From NCBI RefSeq assembly GCF_006345805.1, contig NC_043011.1:40436464-40500463 (forward strand): a DNA stretch of 64,000 nt. The letters are read 5' to 3'. The position numbers were made by a program, and so were the translations under genes. The notes under the pieces are model-generated. The model had not been told where the DNA came from. It made no database searches and was given only the letters and a program-made list of their open reading frames with translations. The stretch comes from Octopus sinensis (Eukaryota). Position 1 is the stretch's first letter, and each line of letters begins with the position of its first letter. Below are positions 1 to 13,705 of this stretch, piece after piece.

Positions 1-265
1 TGGGCAAGGTTGTTTTATGGAAGACCAGTAGTCGCCCATGCAATACCGGCCTCCCCTCTCCACGCCACCAGTGTTATCCAAGGGAAAGACAAAGCCGATA
101 CAGCTTGTCACTTGTGACGTCGCAACTCATTTCTACAGCTGAGTGAACTGGAGCAACGTGAAATAAAGTGTCTTGCTCAAGAACACAACACGCAGCCCGG
201 TCCGGGATTCGAGCTCAAACCTCACGATCGTAAGCTCGACGCTCTAACCATGAGCCATGCGCCTC
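1..265 (-). mobile_element. tRNA-derived SINE, family A (CORE-like centre), runs off window edge
   Basis: Minus strand reads GAGGCGCATGGCTCA-TGGTTAGAGCG (A box), then GCTCGAATCCC (B box-like), then CTTGAGCAAGACACTT. Homologous copies at 1145, 51629 and 55375. Confidence 0.8.
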
Positions 266-600
<335 letters not shown>

Positions 601-858
601 TCACACATACGTAGGTCCATTATTGTTAGCTTTTACTCTTCATTATTCCTTTCAAAATCGTGAATTCGAATTGATTCTGTCTTAATTACCAAAGAACGTG
701 ATACGCATGGTGGTGCAACATTAATTGAACTGTAGCAGCGGGCTGTGGGACTGCATTGTTGCTTCTGAGCCAACGACGAAACCTCAACGCAGCCACTCTA
801 CCTGCTAGAAGTAGCAGCCGATGCTCCTCTCTTAAAAGGCACCCTACTATGTTGCTTT

Positions 859-1089
859 GGCGGCGAGCTGGCAGAATCGTTAGCACGCCGGGCGAAATGC
901 GTAGCAGTAGTTCGTCTGCCGCTACGTTCTGAGTTCAAATTCCTCCCAGGTCGATTTTGCCTTTCATCCTTTCGAGATCGATACATTAAGTACCAGTTAC
1001 GCACTGGGATCGATATAATCGACTTAATCCGTTTGTCTGACCTTGTTTGTCCTCTCTGTGTTTAGCCCCTTGTGGGTAGTAAAGAAATA
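859..1089 (+). mobile_element. SINE family B (GGCGGCGAGCTGGCAGAA...GAGTTCAAATTCC...AAAGAAATA)
   Basis: A/B-box-like head; more than 10 homologous copies in the window. Confidence 0.8.
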
Positions 1090-1144
1090 TATTATAATTC
1101 CTTGTACATTTGGTTGGCAATGTAGAAATAGTAAATCCATTCTG

Positions 1145-1416
1145 AGACCCCCTTCGGTCACGACACAGAGCATGGAATAGCACCTAGAAAGTTTCCCAGG
1201 CACAAGTCTGGGCAAGGTTGTTTATAGAAAACCAGCAGTCGCCCATGCATACTGGCCTCCTCTCTCCACGCCACCAATGTTTTCCAAGGGAAAGGCAAAA
1301 GCCGATACAGCTTGGCACCAGTGACGTCGCAACTCATTTCTACAGCTGAGTGAACTGGAGCAACGTGAAATAAAGTGTCTTGCTCAAGAATACAACACAC
1401 AGCCCGGTCCGGGATT
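1145..1416 (-). mobile_element. SINE family A, 5'-truncated
   Basis: High identity to 1-210. Confidence 0.8.
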
Positions 1417-1469
1417 AGTAAATCCATTAAAGAAGTGTTAAATCAGCCCAAATATTTCAATGGTTCTTA

Positions 1470-1690
1470 AGGCGGCGAGCTGGTAGAATCGTCAGTACGC
1501 CGGATGAAGGGCTTAACGGTATTTCATTTGTCTGCACGTTTTGAATTCAAATTCCGCCCAGGTTGACTTTAATCTTTCAGCATTTCGGGATCGATAAAAT
1601 AAGTACCAGTTGAGCACTGGGGTCAGTGTAATCGACTCACCCCATTCCCAGAATTTGCTGGACTTGTGCCAAAATTTGAAACCGATATTT
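1470..1690 (+). mobile_element. SINE family B variant
   Basis: Same head; alternative 3' part ending CTTGTGCCAAAATTTGAAAC. Confidence 0.7.
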
Positions 1691-2024
1691 GAGTGGTTCT
1701 TTATTTTATCGACGCATGAAGAAAATGAAAAGTAGAGTTAATCTCGGATGGATTTGGACTAAAAGTGTATGGAAGTGGACCAAATATATCGCAAAACATA
1801 TTGTTCTTGTGCTGTAACGATTCTGCCAACCACGACAACCAATGTCGCAGTAAGCTAACGAAGACGTCTTTTTGTGGTCGTTTGCCTTGCTAGAAATAAT
1901 AGGCAAATCTTCTCTTTCGAATCATACCATATCGTTTTATAAGGCAGATAGCGTATAAGGAAAAAAGGACAAAACACACACACAAAAAAAAAAAAATTTA
2001 CGAGACTATAAGGTCAAGGCTGAA

Positions 2025-2044
2025 CAGCAGCAACAACAACAACA

Positions 2045-2090
<46 letters not shown>

Positions 2091-2201
2091 GCACCACCGC
2101 CACCACCGCCTCCGCCGCAACCACCACCGCCTCCGCCGCCACCACCACCGCCTCCGCCGCCACCACCACCGCCACCGCCATTACCGCTGCTGCTACTGCT
2201 G

Positions 2202-2234
<33 letters not shown>

Positions 2235-2242
2235 ACTACTAC
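2025..2242. repeat. compound trinucleotide microsatellite (CAA/CTA/CCA/CCG)
   Basis: Direct reading. Confidence 0.9.
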
Positions 2243-2329
2243 TATCACAAGCATTTTGATACATTAACACAGCCACGGTGTCGTTGCCTTTCAGCCATTA
2301 TGCTGTTGACCGGTGCGCTTTCGAAAAAT

Positions 2330-2620
2330 ATAGCCCACAGCTACCGAAAGCCAACCAACTGCCCACTAGGAAACCCTATCTCCCAGAAGATGTAGTCTAC
2401 AGAACCACCCTCAGACTACCTGGTATCATCACATCAAAAAACACTAACACAAGAATGACAAGCAATAATTTCGGGAGACTTGGGGCCCATGGAAATGACA
2501 TCCTCAACATCAAATGTCAGGGCCCTCCATACTCGCTCGAAGAATTGTAATTTCCAACACTGCCTCCATACTCCTCTATCTTCCATTATCTATCAACAAG
2601 AAATATATTATTGTTGCCCT
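2330..2620 (+). pseudogene. possible decayed PLE GIY-YIG endonuclease C-terminal fragment
   Basis: Translation fragments VVYRTT...TNTRMTSNNF...ILNIKCQGPPYS and NCN..C...SII...EI..CC loosely resemble PLE endonuclease ends; frameshifted. Confidence 0.3.
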
Positions 2621-2649
2621 GATGTATACAGACATATATGCATGTGTTT

Positions 2650-2706
<57 letters not shown>

Positions 2707-2829
2707 TGTATGAATAACACGTATAGAAATACATACATACACGAATATATAGAGAGCTGGTAGAATCAGTAGAGCTTCTGTGTCAATTTATTGTGTTGAC
2801 CGTTTTTATTTATTTTACACTCAAACGTA

Positions 2830-3605
2830 ATGCTATATGCATACATACATACATACATACATACATACATACATAATACACTCACACACACACACACACA
2901 CACACATATACATCAGTTGTCTGTCCGTCTGTTTGTATGTATGTATGTATGTATGTATGTATGTATGTATGTATGCATGTATGTATGTATGCATGTATGT
3001 ATGCATTTATATATGTATCTATATATGTTATGTTATGCATGTATGTATTTATATATTTATGTTATGTATGCATGTATGTATGTATGTATGTATGTATGTA
3101 TGTATGCATGCATGTATTATTATGTAGTATGTAGGCTTTATATATGTTATGTATGTATGTATGTATGCATGTTATGTAATATGTAGGTATGTATGCATGT
3201 ATGTATGTATGTATGTATGCATGTATATATGTATCTATATATGTATGTATGCATGTCTGTATGTATGTATGTATGTATGTATGTATGGATGTATGTATGC
3301 ATGTATGTATGTATGTATGTATGTATGCATGCATGTATGTATGTATGTATGTATGCATGTATATATGTATCTATATATGTATGTATGCATGTATGTATGT
3401 ATGTATGTATGTATGCATGTATGTATGTATGTAGTATGTGGTATGTATGTATGGATGTATGTATGCATGTATATATGTATCTATATATGTATGTATGTAT
3501 GTATGTATGCATGTATGTATGTATGTATGTATGTATGTATGGATGTATGTATGCATGTATATATGTATCTATATATGTATATACGCATGTATGTATGTAT
3601 GTATG
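2830..3605. repeat. (TACA)n/(TATG)n microsatellite with higher-order subunits
   Basis: Direct reading; GCATGTATATATGTATCTATATATGT recurs. Confidence 0.9.
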
Positions 3606-4206
3606 AACTTACATAAGAAAATGTTCGCCAGTGATTCATTATTTGTTGTACAGTATTCTTTTGTCAACTTTGTCATTAAAATATCACTATTGTAAAGTTT
3701 TTTTAACCAAGAAAAAGAGTCCCAATAAACTATTTAGAATCGAGTTTTCCTTCCATTTTATATATTTCTTACATTTGTCTTAGTTATTGATCATTTTTCT
3801 AAAAATTTCTGGAAGACGAATATGTTTTAACTAAATTTCGACGCGTGTGGAACTTCTTCAATGAAACGTTGGTTCTGAATTGCTGCTTTTTATTCTTTTT
3901 TTTGATCTCCAACCTCAAAAGAGGTTTAAGACGTTTTGCATAAATCTAATGCTTGTTTGAATACATACATTACACACACACACACACGTATATACGTATG
4001 TATATCCATACGTACATACATTACTACATACCTACGTACAACCATATATGCATGCATATAGATATACATATATAGACATACATACACAAATATATATATG
4101 TAAATATATATGTATGTATATATAATATATATATAAATATATGTGTATGTATGTGTATATATATTATATATATATATATATATATATGTATAGGTATATA
4201 TATGTA

Positions 4207-4275
<69 letters not shown>

Positions 4276-4283
4276 ATATATTA

Positions 4284-5174
4284 TTCTTTTACTTGTTTCA
4301 GTCATTTTGACTGTGGCCATGTTGGGGCACCGCCTTTTAGTCGAAGAAATTGATCCCTGGGCTTATTCTTTGTAAGCCTGGTACGTATTCTATCGATCTC
4401 TTTTGCGGAACCGTTAAGTTACGAGGACGTAAACACACCAAGATCGGCTATCAAGCGATGGTGGAGGGATGAACACAGACACCAACACACAAATACATAC
4501 ATACATACATATATATATATAATAACAAATTAATAAATAAAACATATGCATATATACATACATATATGTACATACCTACATCTACATGTATATATACATG
4601 CATATATGGGTACAGGATACCCCAAAAACGCCGAACACGATGAGAAACGAAAACATACACACAAAACCATGGAAATGGACATTTTTCTTAAACAACGAAA
4701 AAATAGAGTACAGGACATACAAGACAAGGAAAATTTCCCTTCTTTAGTCGCCTCTGTTTCATCTACTCCGCGTTTCGAAGGTCAAGGCGAGACACGACTT
4801 CATTGAAACATTCCTTCCCGCAAAAAGCAAATTATATAAAATTTGAGATTTTTTTGCGGAGGGGTAAAAATGGTAACAAAAACAGGACAGTAAAGACAGT
4901 ACAAAATATAAACAGTAAAAGACAGGACAAGGAGATTAACAGTAACACAAACATTGAGAGCTGTTAAGCCAGAACGAAAGAAAAAATATTATGAATGCTT
5001 TTGAGGACGGCAAGAGAGAGACAGGAAAGCCATCCACACTTGAAGGAAGCCAGGTCAGAAAGACAGTAGCAGAGCTCTCGTCGCGGGTCAACGACGGGAG
5101 GGAGGAGGAGGAGCAAGAGAAAGGAAGAGAAAAAAAGGGAATGATTGTAGAGAAAACCAGAAAGAATGAAGAAT

Positions 5175-5208
<34 letters not shown>

Positions 5209-5762
5209 CAGTAAGGTAGAAGAAAAGGAATCCAGAAAGGATGAAGGCTGAGAAAGGGAGGGGGACAGAAAGGTTAAGAATGCGCATCATTATTAATATT
5301 AAGAACAAACTTACTTAGAAATGGATGCGTTCGTTCCGTCATATAATAACAAATTATTAAATAAAACATATGCATATATACATACATATATGTACGTACC
5401 TACATCTACATGTATATATACATGCATATATGGGTACAGGACACCAAAAAAACGTCGAACACAATGAGAAACGAAAAAATAAACACAAAACCAAGGAAAT
5501 GGACATTTATCTTAAGCAACAAAAAAATAGAGTACAGGACATACAAGACAAGGAAAATTTCCCTTCCTCAGTCGCCTCTGTTTCATCTACTCCGCGTTTC
5601 GAAGGTCAAGGCGAGACACGACTTCTTTGAAACATCCCTTCCCGCAAAAAGCAAGCGAGGGGCTTCTTTCAGTTTTCGCCTACCAAATCCTCGGCCCGAA
5701 GCTATAGTAGAAGACACTTGCCCAAGGTGCCACGAAGTGGCACTGAACCTGGAATCATGTGT
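4284..5762 (-). mobile_element. SINE family C, interrupted at its internal (TA)n by a 1.1-kb insertion
   Basis: Matches intact copies (19893, 20512, 46410) on both sides of 4516-5654. Confidence 0.75.
4516..5654 (-). mobile_element. partial-tandem non-coding element (824-bp unit, ~1.4 copies), PLE pseudo-LTR-like
   Basis: 4521-4828 is repeated at 5345-5654 with offset 824. Inserted in (TA)n. Loosely related to 26990-27748. Strand inferred from HHR-like motifs. Confidence 0.6.
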
Positions 5763-5827
5763 GAGTGTGTGTGTGTGTATATATATATCTATGCATATAC
5801 TTATATATATGTGTGCGTGCATGTAGG

Positions 5828-5877
<50 letters not shown>

Positions 5878-5982
5878 TGTGTATAAACATATATTTATGT
5901 ATATATGTATATGTACACACACACACGCACACACATATACATATGTATATATGTATACATGTATATAATAGATAGATAGGTG

Positions 5983-6017
<35 letters not shown>

Positions 6018-6027
6018 ATATATATAT

Positions 6028-6069
<42 letters not shown>

Positions 6070-6119
6070 ATATATCTAGTTTTCGTTTCGCACTTACTTT
6101 CTACTCTTTAATTCTTTAT

Positions 6120-6565
6120 TCTTTAACTCGCCTCAGTCAATGACGTGCGGTCATGCTGGTACAACACCGCCTCGAGATGTCTATTCGAATAAATCCACCT
6201 CAGTTCTAATGTTATGTCTGGTACTTTTTTTTATATCATTCGCTTATTCGCCAAAAAGCTATGTTACAGGGAATTAACCAAACCAACACTGGTTTTGAAG
6301 CTGTGTGATGCAAACACAAAGATTCTTTCACACATACATATTCATATACATACAAGCACACGCTCATGCCCATATACACACCCACACACAAATACATCAC
6401 AGGCTTCCTCATCATTTTTCGACTAGTAAATGTAGACACAAGGGTTTGGTCGGTTCGTTGGTTGGTTAGCTGGTTGGTTGGAAGACCCATGTCCAAGGCG
6501 TCTCGTACCATGACTGGACCCAAAGCCACAGGTTGTGATTGCGACGTGAACTACTTCACCAGTCA
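6120..6565 (-). mobile_element. SINE family C, degenerate
   Basis: CAGTCAATGACGTGCGGTCATGCTGG ... GAAGACCCATGTCCAAGG match family C. Confidence 0.55.
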
Positions 6566-7511
6566 GCCATCTCTGCTCAAGCAAAGGTGATGGAAAAATA
6601 TATACGCCATAAGATTTACAGTTATGTAATAATGATTGATACTTGTAGGAACACGAAGATAGAAACTGCGAGAAGAAAGAATTAAGTAAGAAAAACGAAT
6701 TAGTTTTCTATACAAACGACAAAACAAATACAAACCCGATGAGAATAGAAGAAAATATTTTAAAACACTTTAGTTAAATTCTTACCGGCATATCAACTTA
6801 TTTTTAAAATTTCATTTTGCTTTAAAACAGACTCAGAATGCTGCAAAGACCTTAATATTTCCCATGACGCGTTAGCAGAAAGAGAATATATATTTGATCA
6901 CAAAAAATGATTTCAAAATAAACATAAATAAACCTAAGATTTAACATAAAATCACTGGCATTCATAACAACAAGTCTATAATCGGATATTTTTTAAAAAC
7001 TTCCATATTAAAATTGAAGCTAGTTTCAACCAGGAGAATGGACTGCCGTATTTTCGTCGTATGCAAAAAAAAAAAAATGCTGAAAAATAACACGAAGCGA
7101 AAATAGAATTCTAGACATTAGATAGTGAAATGCAACAGGTAAGGAAATATATTTCAAGAAAGATTGATAACCATTATAGTTCCTGTACACACTCACTGCA
7201 CCCGATACTTTTGGTGGTCGACGTAGTTAATAATAATTTCATTATTATAATATATGGCGAACGTATGGAACGCGATTGCATACAATGGAACAGTCAGAAG
7301 AGCGATAGAGTCAAGCGTCAGCTTGGTATATATCTGTAAATGTGTGTGTGTGTGTGTGTGTGGTGTGTGTGTGTGCGTGCGTGTGTGCGTGTATGTGTGT
7401 GTGTGTATGCACACATATACAAAGAAAGAAAGATGATAGATAGGTAGAGAATATAGATTATACGTAAATATGCATATATATATGTATATATATGTATATA
7501 TATATGTGTAT

Positions 7512-7564
<53 letters not shown>

Positions 7565-7672
7565 ATAAATATTAGGGAATAAATCCAATTTACAGGGAAA
7601 ATCAGATTTATGATTGAATCCAATTTTATAGTATTTCTTTGTTGATTTGCAAAATAGTGGTTTTAGCTCTAA

Positions 7673-7703
<31 letters not shown>

Positions 7704-7981
7704 ATTAATTAATAAGGGTGAGAGAATTAGATACTAATTTAATAGTATATCTATTCTACATCAAGTGGCCTGTGCTCCGAGAACCTGGATTATTATAATA
7801 TTTTATATATATTATAATATTTTTACAAAATAAATATAAGAGAGTGGTCACTATATGGCTCACTCTAGCAGCAGTTAATCCAATAGGTTTCAACCACAAA
7901 AATACATGTTTCCCATGAAAGTCAGTACGATTGTTAGCTCACACGGACAGAGCAAATAAAAAATAACAAAAATACAGATTA

Positions 7982-8063
7982 TTTTGGGACAATTGTTTCG
8001 CTATTAATGAATTAAATGTAATTTTACTTACAAAAAAATCCACTTGTAGCTCCTCAGCCAAAA
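7982..8063 (-). ncRNA. type I hammerhead ribozyme (array 1 left arm; also near 8522, 9056, 9587, 10120)
   Basis: UUUUGG-CUGAGGA-GCUA[hairpin]UAGC-GAAAC-AAUU-GUC^CCAAAA; all core nucleotides canonical. Confidence 0.88.
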
Positions 8064-11000
8064 CTATCTGGATGAAATCCACTCAATCAATCACACGCCA
8101 GATTTTATCATAACGATAAATACGCGTGTGGTTCAATTGATTACATCCGACGTTAAATTCAAATGCCCCAACCAACAGCGCGCCAAATTTTCACGGAAAA
8201 CAAATACAGCATTTAGAAATAAATGCAGCATAATTATAATTAATAATAAGGGTGAGAGAATTAGATACTAATTTAATAGTATATTCTATTCTACACCAAG
8301 TGGCCTAGTGCTCCGAGAAACCTGGATTATTATAATATTTTATAATATATTATAATATTTTTACAAAATAAATATAAGAGAGTGGTCACTATATGGCTCA
8401 CTCTAGCACCAGTTAATCTAATAGGTTTCACACACACAAAAATACATGTTTCCCATGAAAGTCAGTACGATTGTTAGCTCACACGGACAGGGCAAATAAA
8501 AAATAACAAAAATACAGATTATTTTGGGACAATTGTTTCGCGCTATTAATGAATTAAATGTAATTTTACTTACAAAAAAATCCCACTGTAGCTCCTCAGC
8601 CAAAACTATCTGGATGAAATCCACTCAATCACACGCCAGATTTTATCATAACGATAAATACGCGTGTGGTTCAATTGATTACATCCGACGTTATAATTCA
8701 AATGCCCCAACCAACAGCGCGCCAAATTTTCACGGAAAACAAATACAGCATTTAGAAATAAATGCAGCATAATTATAATTATTAATAAGGGTGAGAGAAT
8801 TAGATACTAATTTAATAGTTAATCTATTCTACACCAAGTGGCCTAGTGCTCGCGAGAAACCTGGATTATTATAATATTTTATAATATATTATAATTTTTT
8901 ACAAAATAAATATAAGAGAGTGGTCACTATATGGCTCACTCTAGCACCAGTTAATCCAATAGGTTTCAACCACAAAAATACATGTTTCCATGAAAGTCAG
9001 TACGATTGTTAGCTCACACGGACAGGGCAAATAAAAAATAACAAAAATACAGATTATTTTGCGACAATTGTTTCGCTATTAATGAATTAATGTAATTTTA
9101 CTTACAAAAAAATCCACTTGTAGCTCCTCAGCCAAAACTATCTGGATGAAATCCACTCAATCACACGCCAGATTTTATCATAACGATAAATACGCGTGTG
9201 GTTCAATTGATTACATCCGACGTTATAATTCAAATGCCCCAACCAACAGCGCGCCAAATTTTCACGGAAAACAAATACAGCATTAGAAATAAATGCAGCA
9301 TAATTATAATTAATTAATAAGGGTGAGAGAATTAGATACTAATTTAATAGTATATCTATTCTACACCAAGTGGCCTAGTGCTCCGAGAAACCTGGATTAT
9401 TATAATATTTTATAATATATTATAATATTTTTACAAAATAAATATAAGAGAGTGGTCACTATATGGCTCACTCTAGCACCAGTTAATCCAATAGGTTTCA
9501 ACCACAAAAATACATGTTTCCCATGAAAGTCAGTACGATTGTTAGCTCACACAGGACAGGGCAAATAAATAACAAAAATACAGATTATTTTGGGACAATT
9601 GTTTCGCTATTAATGAATTAAATGTAATTTTACTTACAAAAAAATCCACTTGTAGCTCCTCAGCCAAAACTATCTGGATGAAATCCACTCAATCACACGC
9701 CAGATTTTATCATAACGATAAATACGCGTGTGGTTCAATTGATTACATCCGACGTTATAATTCAAATGCCCCAACCAACAGCGCGCCAAATTTTCACGGA
9801 AAACAAATACAGCATTTAGAAATAAATGCAGCATAATTATAATTAATTAATAAGGGTGAGAGAATTAGATACTAATTTAATAGTATATCTATTCTACACC
9901 AAGTGGCCCGTGCTCCGAGAACCTGGATTATTATAATATTTTATATATATTATAATATTTTTACAAAATAAATATAAGAGAGTGGTCACTATATGGCTCA
10001 CTCTAGCACCAGTTAATCCAATAGGTTTCAACCACAAAAATACATGTTTCCCATGAAAGTCAGTACGATTGTTAGCTCACACGGACAGGGCAAATAAAAA
10101 ATAACAAAAATACAGATTATTTTGGGACAATTGTTTCGCTATTAATGAATTAAATGTAATTTTACTTACAAAAAAATCCACTTGTAGTTCCTCAGCCAAA
10201 ACTATCTGGATGAAATCCACTCAATCACACGCCAGATTTTATCATAACGATAAATACGCGTGTGGTTCAATTGATTACATCCGACGTTATAATTCAAATG
10301 CCCCAACCAACAGCGCGCCAAATTTTCACGGAAAACAAATACAGCATTTAGAAATAAATGCAGCATAATTATAATTAATTAATAAGGGTGAGAGAATTAG
10401 ATACTAATTTAATAGTATAATCTATCTACACCAAGTGCCTATTAACTGGTGCTAGAGTGAGCCATATAGTGACCACTCTCTTATATATTTGTAAAAATAT
10501 TATAATATATTATAATATTATAATAATCCAGGTTTCTCGGAGCACTAGGCACTTGGTGTGTAGAATAGATATACTATTAAATTAGTATCTAATTCTCTCA
10601 CCCTTATTAATTAATTTAATTATGCTGCATTTATTTCTAAATGCTGTATTTGTTTTCGTGAAAATTTGGCGCGCTGTTTGTTGGGGCATTTGAATTATAA
10701 CGTCGGATGTAATCAATTGAACCACACGCGTATTTATCGTTATGATAAAATGGGCGTGTGATTGAGTGGATTTCATCCAGATAGTTTTGGCTGAGGAGCT
10801 ACAAGTGGATTTTTTTGTAAGTAAAATTACATTTAATTCATTAATAGCGAAACAATGTCCAAAATAATCTGTATTTTTGTTATTTTTTATTTGCCCTGTC
10901 CGTGTGAGCTAACAATCGTACTGACTTTCATGGGAAACATGGATTTTGTGGTTGAAACCTATTGGATTAACTGGTGCTAGAGTGAGCCATATAGTGACCA

Positions 11001-12374
11001 CTCTCTTATAATTTATTTTGTAAAAATATTATAATATATTATAAAATATTATAATAATCCAGGTTTCTCGGAGCATTAGGCCACTTGGTGTAGAATAGAT
11101 ATACTATAAATTAGTATCTAATTCTCTCACCCTATTAATTAATTATAATTATGCTGCATTTATTTTAATGCTGTATTTGTTTTCCGTGAAAATTTGGCGC
11201 GCTGTTGGTTGGGGCATTTGAATTATAACGTCGGATGTAATCATTGAACCACACGCGTATTTATCGTTATGATAAAATCTGGCGTGTGATTGAGTGGATT
11301 TCATCCAGATAGTTTTGGCTGAGGAGCTACAAGTGGATTTTTTTGTAAGTAAAATTACATTTAATTCATTAATAGCGAAACAATTGTCCAAAATAATCTG
11401 TATTTTTGTTATTTTTTATTTGCCCTGTCCGTGTGAGCTAACAATCGTACTGACTTTCATGGGAAACATGTATTTTGTGTGGTTGAAACCTATTGGATTA
11501 ACTGGTGCTAGAGTGAGCCATATAGTGACCACTCTCTTATATTTATTTTGTAAAAATATTATAATAATATAAAATATTATAATAACCAGGTTTCTCGGAG
11601 CACTAGGCCACTTGGTGTAGAATAGATATACTATTAAATTAGTATCTAATTCTCTCACCCTTATTAATTAATTATAATTATGCTGCATTTATTTCTAAAT
11701 GCTGTATTTGTTTTCCGTGAAAATTTGGCGCGCTGTTGGTTGGGGCATTTGAATTATAACGTCGGATGTAATCAATGAACCACACGCGTATTTATCGTTA
11801 TGATAAAATCTGGCGTGTGATTGAGTGGATTTCATCCAGATAGTTTTGGCTGAGGAGCTACAAGTGGATTTTTTTGTAAGTAAAATACATTTAATTCATT
11901 AATAGCGAAACAATTGTCGCAAAATAATCTGTATTTTTGTTATTTTTTATTTGCCCTGTCCGTGTGAGCTAACAATCGTACTGACTTTCATGGGAAACAT
12001 GTATTTTTGTGGTTGAAACCTTTGGATTAACTGGTGCTAGAGTGAGCCATATAGTGACCACTCTCTTATATTTATTTTGTAAAAATATTATAATATATTA
12101 TAAAATATTAAATAATCCAGGTTTCTCGGAGCACTAGGCCACTTGGTGTAGAATAGATATACTATTAAATTAGTATCTAATTCTCTCACCCTTATTAATT
12201 AATTATAATTATGCTGCATTTATTTCTAAATGCTGTATTTGTTTTCCGTGAAAATTTGGCGCGCTGTTGGTTGGGGCATTTGAATTATAACGTCGGATGT
12301 AATCAATTGAACCACACGCGTATTTATCGTTATGGTAAATCTGGCGTGTGATTGAGTGGATTTCATCCAGATAG

Positions 12375-12456
12375 TTTTGGCTGAGGAGCTACAAGTGGAT
12401 TTTTTTGTAAGTAAAATTACATTTAATTCATTAATAGCGAAACAATTGTCCCAAAA
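12375..12456 (+). ncRNA. type I hammerhead ribozyme (array 1 right arm; also near 10785, 11313, 11844, 12906, 13437)
   Basis: TTTTGG CTGAGGA GCTA...TAGC GAAAC AATT GTC CCAAAA; stem I extends by CAGAT/ATCTG. Confidence 0.88.
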
Positions 12457-13671
12457 TAATCTGTATTTTTGTTTTTTTATTTGCCCTGTCCGTGTGAGCT
12501 AACAATCGTACTGACTTTCATGGGAAACATGTATTTTTGTGGTTGAAACCTTTTGGATTAACTGGTGCTAGAGTGAGCCATATAGTGACCACTCTCTTAT
12601 ATTTATTTTGTAAAAATATTATAATATATTATAAAATATTATAAAATCCAGGTTTCTCGGAGCACTAGGCCACTTGGTGTAGAATAGATATACTATTAAT
12701 TAGTATCTAATTCTCTCACCCTTATTAATTAATTATAATTATGCTGCATTTATTTCTAAATGCTGTATTTGTTTTCCGTGAAAATTTGGCGCGCTGTTGG
12801 TTGGGGCATTTGAATTATAACGTCGGATGTAATCAATTGAACCACACGCGTATTTATCGTTATGGTAAAATCTGGCGTGTGATTGAGTGGATTTCATCCA
12901 GATAGTTTGGGCTGAGGAGCTACAAGTGGATTTTTTTGTAAGTAAAATTACATTTAATTCATAATAGCGAAACAATTGTCCCAAAATAATCTGTATTTTT
13001 GTTATTTTTTATTTGCCCTGTCCATGTGAGCTAACAATCGTACTGACTTTCATGGGAAACATGTATTTTTGTGGTTGAAACCTATTGGATTAACTGGTGC
13101 TAGAGTGAGCCATATAGTGACCACTCTCTTATATTTATTTTGTAAAAATATTATAATATATTATAAAATATTATAATAATCCAGGTTTCTCGGAGCACTA
13201 GGCCACTTGGTGTAGAATAGATATACTATTAAATTAGTATCTAATTCTCTCACCCTTATTAATTAATTATAATTATGCTGCATTTATTTCTAAATGCTTA
13301 TTTGTTTTCCGTGAAAATTTGGCGCGCTGTTGGTGGGGCCTTTGAATTATAACGTCGGATGTAATCAATTGAACCACACGCGTATTTATCGTTATGATAA
13401 AATCTGCGTGTGATTGAGTGGATTTCATCCAGATAGTTTTGGCTGAGGAGCTACAAGTGGATTTTTTTGTAAGTAAAATTACATTTAATTCATTAATAGC
13501 GAAACAATTGTCGCCAAAATAATCTGTATTTTTGTTATTTTTTATTTGCCCTGTCCGTGTGAGCTAACAATCGTACTGACTTTCATGGGAAACATGTATT
13601 TTGGTGGTTGAAACCTATTGGATTAACTGGTGCTAGAGTGAGCCATATAGTGACCACTCTCTTATATTTAT

Positions 13672-13705
<34 letters not shown>

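Larger units (their letters stand above)
7701..13672. repeat. palindromic tandem array 1: ~533-bp unit, ~5.1 copies then ~6.1 inverted copies, one hammerhead ribozyme per unit (retrozyme-like)
   Basis: TAAGGGTGAG at 7713, 8247, 8786, 9318, 9851, 10383. Strand switch at 10441/10442. CACCCT at ~10599, 11128, 11657, 12187, 12717, 13251. (TA)n on both flanks. Confidence 0.95.

Noticed and set aside
8418-12984. Repeated 64-92 aa ORFs in array 1
   Set aside because: Non-ATG starts, frames differ between units, no recognisable domain.
7701-13672. CRISPR, rDNA or 5S interpretation of the arrays
   Set aside because: No repeat-spacer alternation and no rRNA or snRNA similarity seen.
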